Source of the DNA: Nostoc punctiforme PCC 73102
GTDB taxonomy: Bacteria > Cyanobacteriota > Cyanobacteriia > Cyanobacteriales > Nostocaceae
Assembly: GCF_000020025.1 (NCBI RefSeq)
Contig: NC_010628.1
Span: 3,900,001-3,932,000, forward strand
Length of the DNA: 32,000 bases
Reading direction: 5' to 3'
In this document: piece after piece, positions 26,270 to 32,000 of the stretch
Layout: the number at the start of each line of letters is the position of its first letter
Position numbering within the stretch: position 1 is the first letter of the stretch
Made by a program: the position numbers and the translations under genes
The notes under the pieces: generated by a model
Databases searched by the model: none
Seen by the model: only the letters and a program-made list of their open reading frames with translations
Told to the model about the DNA's origin: nothing

Positions 26270-26533
26270 ATGGTGCAACAAACAGTTGAGCAACAAGTCC
26301 TGAATGTAGTTACCAAACACATGCGCTTGAACATTGAAGGTTTAGAAAATGCAAACATCGATCCAACAAAGTCAATGCGCGATTTGGGTGCTACCAGTTT
26401 AGATGCAGTAGAGATTGCCTCAGCTTCGATGAGAGAGTTAAAAGTGAAAGTTCCTAGAACCAAACTCGGCAGTGTTAAGAACATTCAAGAACTTGTAGAC
26501 TTACTTGCTGAAATCAAAATACAGCAAGGGTGA
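26270..26533 (+). CDS. free-standing acyl carrier protein (ACP-B), HCS-cassette donor-ACP type
   Basis: ATG 26270 follows AGGAG (26259-26263); the track's TTG 26249 is less likely. 'DLGATSLDAVEI' (Ser codon 26396-26398) and 'KVKVPRTKLGSVKNIQELVDLL' resemble the 'LGxxSxxRAEI...KIPRxEL...KNIGEL' pattern I recall for AcpK/CurB-type donor ACPs. Confidence 0.8.
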   Translation: MVQQTVEQQVLNVVTKHMRLNIEGLENANIDPTKSMRDLGATSLDAVEIASASMRELKVKVPRTKLGSVKNIQELVDLLAEIKIQQG

Positions 26534-26542
26534 AAAGTGCTA

Positions 26543-26570
26543 AGACGCGATTAATCGCGTCTGTACAAGA
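26543..26570. repeat. dispersed palindromic repeat, copy 1 (AGACGCGATTAATCGCGTCT + GTACAAGA), intergenic
   Basis: Perfect 20-bp palindrome at 26543-26562, 10 nt after the ACP-B stop. Flanked by 9-bp direct repeats AGTGCTAAG at 26536-26544 and 26574-26582. A second copy lies at 29693-29720. Confidence 0.8.
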
Positions 26571-26595
26571 AAGAGTGCTAAGTCAAAATACTAGT

Positions 26596-26623
26596 CCCCA
26601 GTCCCCAATCCCCGGTTCCCCCT
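26596..26623. repeat. STRR-type heptamer tandem array (CCCCAGT CCCCAAT CCCCGGT TCCCCCT)
   Basis: Read directly. CCCCAGT is the classical cyanobacterial STRR1 unit. The array ends 3 nt before the PKS4 ATG (26627). Confidence 0.85.
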
Positions 26624-26626
26624 GTT

Positions 26627-29600
26627 ATGAAGAACACTAAACAACAATACAACAAGGAAGCGATCGCTGTTATTGGTATGGGATGCCGATTTCCTGGGGC
26701 AAAAAATCCTGCTGCTTTCTGGCAAATGTTGCGGGATGGGATGAATGCTATTACACAAGTTCCCGCCAATCGTTGGTCAATGGATGACCTCTACGACCCA
26801 GATTTGGCGACCCCTGGAACGATGAATAGCCGTTGGGGAGGGTTTCTGCAAAATGTAGACCAGTTTGATGCTAAATTCTTCGGCATTTCTCCCGGTGAAG
26901 CCGCAAGTACAGACCCGCAGCAGCGTTTGTTACTAGAGGTAGCTTGGGAGACTTTAGAAAATGCTGGTTTAAATCCGCAACAAGTTTCAGGAAGTCAAAC
27001 AGGAGTATACATAGGCATTGGTAGCAACGATTATGCCAATGTTTGCTTTGAGGATTTGACTCAACTAAATGCTTATTTTGTGACAGGCAATGCCCTCTGT
27101 ACAACAGTGAATCGCCTGTCTTACTTCTTTGGTTGGCAAGGGCCGAGTCTGGCATTAGACACTGGCTGTTCTTCATCCCTGGTTGCCATCCATCTTGCCT
27201 GCCAAAGTTTGCGAACAAGAGAAATTGACCAAGCTTTGGTAGGGGCTGTTAACCTGATTTTGTCACCCAAAGCTAACATCGGATTATCCCAAGCTTGGAT
27301 GATGACATCAGATAATTGTTGCAAAAGTTTTGATGCGGCGGCTGATGGTTACGTGCGGGGTGAAGGTTGCGGTTTAGTTTTGCTCAAGCGTCTAGAAGAT
27401 GCCATTAGGGACAAAGACCGGATTTTAGGGATTATCCGGGGTTCAGCCGTTAATCAAAATGGCTTTGGGAAAAACTTGACTGCACCCAATCAACTAGCAC
27501 AGCAGTCAGTTATCAGTCAGGCGTTGGCAAATGCTGGAGTTGAACCACAACAAATTAGCTATATTGAAGCCCACGGAGTCGGCACACCCTTGGCTGATGT
27601 GACGGAAGCCAGCGCCCTTAAAGCAGTCTTGCGGCCAGAGGGGGATACTCTACCGTGTTTTCTCAGTTCCGTCAAAACCAACATTGGACATTTAGAACCG
27701 GCTGCGGGAATTGCTGCTTTAATTAAAGTTTTACTGTGTTTCCAACACCAAGAAATTCCACCACACCTTCATTTTCAAACCCTAAATCCAGATATTGGCG
27801 ATGATTTTCCCTTTATCATTCCCACCACAGCAAGTCCTTGGGAATTGAACAATACACCTCGTTTGGCTGGAATTAATTCCTTTGGTTTGGGGGGAACTAA
27901 TGCCCATCTTGTTTTAGAAGAACCACCATTGGAGAGAGCAGAGGAGCAGGGGAGCAGGGGGACAGAGGAGCAGAGGAGCAGAGGAGGAGAAAATACAATT
28001 GAGCGTCCGTTACATTTGTTGACGCTATCAGCTAACAGTGAAAAGGCATTACGAGAATTAGCTAATCTTTATAATACACATATTGCTAAATCTGTCAATA
28101 TTTATTTGCCAGATATTTGCTACTCAGCAAATATAGGTAGAGCAGCTTTGAAACACCGCTTGGCTATACTGGTGGATACATTTGAAAGCTTGCAACAAGA
28201 ATTATCAGCCTTCGCCAGTGAACAAGAGGCGGGAGAATGGTTTTATGGTCAACAGAACTCTATTAAAGTTGGATTCTTGTTTACAGGACAAGGAACACAA
28301 TACATTGATATGGGTCGTGAACTCTACGATACACAACCTGTATTTCGTGAGGTACTGGAACGTTGCGATCGCCTACTCACCCCTCATTTAAATAAGTCGT
28401 TATTATCAATACTTTATCCTGAATCTGGTAGCAAACTATTACTACACGAAACCGCTTACACCCAACCTGCTTTGTTTGGCCTAGAGTTCGCCTTAGCAGA
28501 AATGTGGCGTTCCTGGGGAATCAAGCCGTATTGTGTTATGGGCTACAGCTTAGGTGAATATGTCGCTGCTTGTGTTGCGGGCGTTCTCAGCTTGGAAGAT
28601 GCCTTAATTTTAGTAGCAAAGCGGGGGCAACTGATGCAGCAGTTACCGCAAACTGGGGCTATGGCTTGGGTATATACCTCAATAGACAAAGTAATAACAG
28701 TACTCTTGCCATATCAGCATCAGGTTGGTATCGCTGCCATCCACGGCCAAGAAGAAATCTTGATTGCTGGTAAAAGTCAAGCTGTGCAGCAAATTCTCCA
28801 ACAGTTGAAAAGTGAGGGCATAGCTTTTCTCAAGCTGAAGATAAATCAAGCCTTTCACTCTCCAGCCGTCGAGCCAATATTGGATGCAATGGAGGAACTT
28901 GCTGCCACATTCACCTACAACCCACCGCAGATAAATTGGGTTTCTAGTGTGACTGGAAAATTAGTGGAGGCGATCGCACCCCAACATTGGCGTAATCATC
29001 TCCGAGATACATTACAATTTTCAACGGCAGTTGATACCCTAATTGCTCAAGGTTGTAACCTGTTCCTGGAATTAGGGCCGAGTTCGACCTTAGCGGAAGC
29101 AGGTAAGCGATATCGACCCCAAAGTGAGGAAATTTGGTTATCTTCTCTGAAAGAAGGATTTGAGGATTGGCAGCAGGTATTATCAACACTGAGTGCCTTG
29201 TATGTACAGGGAGCAAATGTTAACTGGGCAGGATTTGACCACAATTACCAACACCAACGCCTAGAACTACCAACTTACCCTTTCCAAAGAAAGCGCCATT
29301 GGATAGACGCAAGAACGCAAAGACCGGAGATAAATTTTGTAGGGACGCGAAATTTGGCATTTCCACTGTGGGAAAACTTGAATTTAGAGGAGATGTCAGC
29401 TAGTCAGCGTTGGGAAAAACTGCAAGCCTACGTGCAAACTGAGGCAGCAACTGTTCTGGGACTGGAACCGACAGAGAAACTCGACCCAAACGAGGGATTT
29501 GCTACCTTGGGGATGAAATCTCTAATGGCAATTGAGTTAAAAAACCACATTCAAACGCAACTAGGACATTCTTATTCCCTAGCCGCTACCTTGGCATTTG

Positions 29601-32000
29601 ATTATCCCACAATTACCACGCTCACAGAATATTTGGGTAGGGAAGTCCTAAATTTAGATTCTCCCTCTACTAACCATGAAAATCTCCCCCAATCTTGTAA
29701 AGACGCGATTAATCGCATCTCTACTGAAGATATTGCCATTATTGCGATGGGTTGTCGCTTTCCTGGAGGTGCAAATAATCCCGAACAGTTCTGGCAAATC
29801 CTCCAAAAAGGTATCGATGCTATTACAGAAATTCCCTCGCAACGCTGGAACTTGGATAATTACTTTGACTCAGAGCCAGAAACACCAGGTAAAATGTACA
29901 CCCGTCACGGAGGATTTATTGCAGACATTGACCAATTTGACGCGCAGTTTTTCGGTATCAGTCCCCGTGAAGCCATCAGCCTCGACCCACAACAACGCAT
30001 ACTGTTAGAAGTAAGTTGGGAAGCTTTAGAAAATGCGGCTATTGCACCACAGAATCTTGTAGGAAGTCAGACAGGTGTGTTCATTGGTCTGATTTCCAAC
30101 GAGTATATGCAACTGCAAATTCAGCACAAAGACCCAGAAAAAATTGATGCTTATTACGGTACAGGCGGTATTGGTAGTGCAGCGGCAGGGAGGATATCTC
30201 ATAGCTTGGGGCTGCGCGGGCCTAGCTTGGTAGTGGATACTGCTTGCTCGTCCTCGCTGGTTAGCATTCATTTAGCAGTTCAAAGCCTGCGACGTGGAGA
30301 GTGCAATTTAGCATTAGCGGGTGGCGTAAACTTGATACTTCTGCCGGAGACGAATATTTTCTTATCAAAATCCAAGGCTGTAGCTGCCGATGGACGCTGT
30401 AAAACCTTTGATGCTTCAGCTAATGGCTTTGTTCGAGGAGAGGGATGTGGTGTAGTTGTATTGAAACGACTCTCTGAAGCTTTAGCTGATAATGACCCAA
30501 TCTTGGCTGTAATTCGGGGTTCAGCAGTGAATCATGATGGACGTAGCAGTGGTTTTACCGTCCCCAGTACAACAGCGCAACAAGAATTGTTACATCAAGC
30601 ATTAGCTAACGCCAATGTAGAAGCCCAGCAGGTGAGTTATATCGAAGCTCATGGGACTGGCACATCCTTGGGAGATCCGATTGAGGTTGGTGCATTAGCA
30701 TCTGTACTCTGTGCAGGACGTTCTTTTGAACAGCCACTAGTAATTAGTTCCGTTAAAACTAACATTGGTCATTTGGAAGCAGCGGCTGGGGTAGCGGGTT
30801 TGATGAAGGTTGTTTTGGCTCTACAGCATCAAGAAATTCCGCCACACTTGCACTTGCAACAACCTAATCCGATGATTGCTTGGGAGCAATTGCCATTGAG
30901 TGTCCCTACATCTGGGCAATCTTGGGTAGTTAAGGACTCGGCGCGGATTGGTGGGGTGAGTTCTTTTGGGATGAGTGGTACTAATGCTCATGTGATTGTG
31001 CAGGAAGCACCTTTGGGGGGAGCAGGAGAGCAGGGGAACAGGGGAGCAGAAATTACAATTGAGCGTCCTTTACACTTACTCTGCCTTTCTGCTAAACATT
31101 CCAATTCCTTGCGACAATTAGCTGAACAATACATCGACTATTTGGGCAAGCATGGCGATATTTCTTTGGCTAATATTACCTACACTGCCCAAGTCGGACG
31201 TTCTCATTTTTCTCATCGTTTGGCTGTTATTGCCTCATCTCATGCCGAGATGCAAGCAAAGCTGGAGGAAGCAGAGTATGACTATCAAGTAGATAGTGGA
31301 AATTTCACCAGATGCGCCTTTTTATTTACTGGGCAAGGGTCGCAGTATGTAGGGATGGGAAGACAACTGTATGAAACCCAACCTGGTTTTCGTCGGATAT
31401 TAGATGAATGCGATCGCATTCTCCAACTTTTCCTCAACAAATCCATCCTATCAGTCATCTTTGCTGACACCACAGAAAATCCACTCCTCGACCAAACTGC
31501 CTACACTCAACCAGCTTTATTTGTCTTAGAATACGCCTTGGCGCAACTGTGGATTTCTTGGGGTATCCGTCCCTCTGCGGTGCTTGGCCACAGTGTCGGA
31601 GAATATGTGGCTGCTTGTGTGGCTGGTATTTTCTCCCTTGAGGACGGATTGAAATTGATTGCCCACCGCGCCCGCCTGATGCAGGCATTACCGCAAACAG
31701 GAGGTATGGCTGCGGTTTTCGCCAGCGCAGAAGTTGTAGAACCCTTGATTGCATCCTATCCTCAACAACTCAGTATTGCTGCGTATAACGGAGAACAAAG
31801 TTTAGTTATCTCAGGCGAGATGCAGGCATTAACAGCAGTTTTGCAAAAACTAGAAAGTCAAAGCATCGAAACGCGAATTTTGCAAGTATCTCACGCCTTC
31901 CACTCGCCGTTAATGGCATCAATGTTGGCAGAGTTTGAGCAAGTTGCCCAGCAAATTGCCTATCATTCCCCACAACTGGAAATCGTTTCTAATGTTAGTG
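26627..32000 (+). CDS. modular type I polyketide synthase, 3'-partial: KS-AT-ACP-KS-AT...
   Basis: Not in the ORF track because no stop is reached. I translated it by hand from ATG 26627 to nt 32000 and found no stop. Module 5: 'IAVIGMGCRFPG', KS Cys 'DTGCSSSL' (27167-27169), 'AHGVGT', 'NIGH'; AT 'GQGTQ', 'GYSLGE' (28541-28558), 'QAFHS' (28847-28861); ACP 'GMKSL' (Ser 29519-29521). Module 6: 'IAIIAMGCRFPGG', KS Cys 'DTACSSSL' (30245-30247), 'AHGTGT', 'NIGH'; AT 'GQGSQ', 'GHSVGE' (Ser 31592-31594), 'HAFHS'. Confidence 0.93.
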   Translation, partial: MKNTKQQYNKEAIAVIGMGCRFPGAKNPAAFWQMLRDGMNAITQVPANRWSMDDLYDPDLATPGTMNSRWGGFLQNVDQFDAKFFGISPGEAASTDPQQRLLLEVAWETLENAGLNPQQVSGSQTGVYIGIGSNDYANVCFEDLTQLNAYFVTGNALCTTVNRLSYFFGWQGPSLALDTGCSSSLVAIHLACQSLRTREIDQALVGAVNLILSPKANIGLSQAWMMTSDNCCKSFDAAADGYVRGEGCGLVLLKRLEDAIRDKDRILGIIRGSAVNQNGFGKNLTAPNQLAQQSVISQALANAGVEPQQISYIEAHGVGTPLADVTEASALKAVLRPEGDTLPCFLSSVKTNIGHLEPAAGIAALIKVLLCFQHQEIPPHLHFQTLNPDIGDDFPFIIPTTASPWELNNTPRLAGINSFGLGGTNAHLVLEEPPLERAEEQGSRGTEEQRSRGGENTIERPLHLLTLSANSEKALRELANLYNTHIAKSVNIYLPDICYSANIGRAALKHRLAILVDTFESLQQELSAFASEQEAGEWFYGQQNSIKVGFLFTGQGTQYIDMGRELYDTQPVFREVLERCDRLLTPHLNKSLLSILYPESGSKLLLHETAYTQPALFGLEFALAEMWRSWGIKPYCVMGYSLGEYVAACVAGVLSLEDALILVAKRGQLMQQLPQTGAMAWVYTSIDKVITVLLPYQHQVGIAAIHGQEEILIAGKSQAVQQILQQLKSEGIAFLKLKINQAFHSPAVEPILDAMEELAATFTYNPPQINWVSSVTGKLVEAIAPQHWRNHLRDTLQFSTAVDTLIAQGCNLFLELGPSSTLAEAGKRYRPQSEEIWLSSLKEGFEDWQQVLSTLSALYVQGANVNWAGFDHNYQHQRLELPTYPFQRKRHWIDARTQRPEINFVGTRNLAFPLWENLNLEEMSASQRWEKLQAYVQTEAATVLGLEPTEKLDPNEGFATLGMKSLMAIELKNHIQTQLGHSYSLAATLAFDYPTITTLTEYLGREVLNLDSPSTNHENLPQSCKDAINRISTEDIAIIAMGCRFPGGANNPEQFWQILQKGIDAITEIPSQRWNLDNYFDSEPETPGKMYTRHGGFIADIDQFDAQFFGISPREAISLDPQQRILLEVSWEALENAAIAPQNLVGSQTGVFIGLISNEYMQLQIQHKDPEKIDAYYGTGGIGSAAAGRISHSLGLRGPSLVVDTACSSSLVSIHLAVQSLRRGECNLALAGGVNLILLPETNIFLSKSKAVAADGRCKTFDASANGFVRGEGCGVVVLKRLSEALADNDPILAVIRGSAVNHDGRSSGFTVPSTTAQQELLHQALANANVEAQQVSYIEAHGTGTSLGDPIEVGALASVLCAGRSFEQPLVISSVKTNIGHLEAAAGVAGLMKVVLALQHQEIPPHLHLQQPNPMIAWEQLPLSVPTSGQSWVVKDSARIGGVSSFGMSGTNAHVIVQEAPLGGAGEQGNRGAEITIERPLHLLCLSAKHSNSLRQLAEQYIDYLGKHGDISLANITYTAQVGRSHFSHRLAVIASSHAEMQAKLEEAEYDYQVDSGNFTRCAFLFTGQGSQYVGMGRQLYETQPGFRRILDECDRILQLFLNKSILSVIFADTTENPLLDQTAYTQPALFVLEYALAQLWISWGIRPSAVLGHSVGEYVAACVAGIFSLEDGLKLIAHRARLMQALPQTGGMAAVFASAEVVEPLIASYPQQLSIAAYNGEQSLVISGEMQALTAVLQKLESQSIETRILQVSHAFHSPLMASMLAEFEQVAQQIAYHSPQLEIVSNVS
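27933..27988 (+). repeat. in-frame 8-nt tandem array (GAGGAGCA/GGGGAGCA x 7) at the KS5/linker boundary
   Basis: Read directly: agagagca gaggagca ggggagca gggggaca gaggagca gaggagca gaggagga. Encodes 'RAEEQGSRGTEEQRSRGGE'. Followed by 'NTIERPLHLLTLSAN'. Confidence 0.85.
29693..29720. repeat. dispersed palindromic repeat, copy 2 (reverse orientation), inside the ACP5-KS6 linker coding sequence
   Basis: TCTTGTAA+AGACGCGATTAATCGCATCT. The reverse complement matches copy 1 at 19/20 core positions and 7/8 positions of the TACAAGA flank. Translated in frame as 'SCKDAINRIS'. Confidence 0.8.
31017..31048 (+). repeat. in-frame 8-nt tandem array (GGGGAGCA-type x 4) at the KS6/linker boundary
   Basis: Read directly: ggggagca ggagagca ggggaaca ggggagca. 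Encodes 'GGAGEQGNRGA'. Followed by 'EITIERPLHLLCLSAK'. Confidence 0.85.

Noticed and set aside
29337-29360. 'GTAGGGACGCGAAATTT' (translated 'FVGTRNLA') in the AT5-ACP5 linker, resembling half of another palindromic cyanobacterial repeat.
   Set aside because: Only one half-site is present, with no second copy in the window. It cannot be supported without a genome-wide repeat search.
10928-30008. Plus-strand alternative-frame ORFs nested in PKS genes: 10928-11197, 12314-12658, 13835-14119, 14868-15050, 15800-16042, 20177-20431, 28182-28391, 28570-28773, 29676-30008.
   Set aside because: They overlap the frames carrying KS/AT/DH/KR motifs. Their translations are low-complexity or unrecognisable, and nothing supports overlapping genes.
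12221-31048. Octamer and heptamer arrays considered as a CRISPR array.
   Set aside because: The units are 7-8 nt and directly tandem with no spacers. Most lie inside ORFs, and no cas genes are present.
376-31754. All minus-strand ORFs in the track, e.g. 5409-5768, 13340-13678, 14331-14672, 15999-16346, 26871-27218, 31455-31754.
   Set aside because: Each lies entirely antisense to a + strand gene with strong domain motifs. None has a recognisable family or plausible start context. They are typical shadow ORFs of long coding regions.
1-32000. Assigning the cluster to a named natural product, e.g. a known Nostoc PKS with an HCS cassette.
   Set aside because: I cannot match gene order or sequence to a specific characterised BGC from memory. 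A MIBiG/BLAST comparison is needed before any name is attached.

Overview
All supported genes lie on the + strand and form one tightly packed biosynthetic block. The host is a cyanobacterium: a manual scan finds at least 29 copies of the HIP1 octamer GCGATCGC where about 0.5 are expected by chance, plus an STRR-type CCCCAGT heptamer array and palindromic dispersed repeats typical of filamentous cyanobacteria. Gene order: (1) a probably 5'-partial SAM methyltransferase; (2) PKS1 (KS-AT-KR-ACP); (3) an AT-rich island with a doubtful 83-aa membrane ORF; (4) a type II thioesterase; (5) a free-standing carrier protein; (6) a 2-oxoacid-dehydrogenase-like E1alpha/E1beta/lipoyl-E2 set with no E3; (7) PKS2 (KS-AT-DH-KR*-ACP, KR cofactor site degenerate); (8) PKS3 (KS-AT-KR-ACP-KS-AT*, terminal AT dead and internally deleted, no ACP); (9) an HMG-CoA-synthase beta-branching cassette (HCS, ECH1, ECH2, donor-type ACP) lacking the usual free-standing Cys->Ser decarboxylating KS; (10) PKS4 (KS-AT-ACP-KS-AT...), which runs off the 3' edge. 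I recognised no rRNA, tRNA, CRISPR, transposase or NRPS domains. Main leads: the PDH-like E1/E2 + ACP cassette wired into a cis-AT PKS; the non-canonical beta-branching architecture (ACP-less KS-AT* didomain, dockless KSs, two discrete ACPs); and 8-nt tandem repeat arrays sitting in frame inside PKS interdomain linkers and one AT loop. Whether this cluster matches a characterised BGC cannot be decided without a database search.
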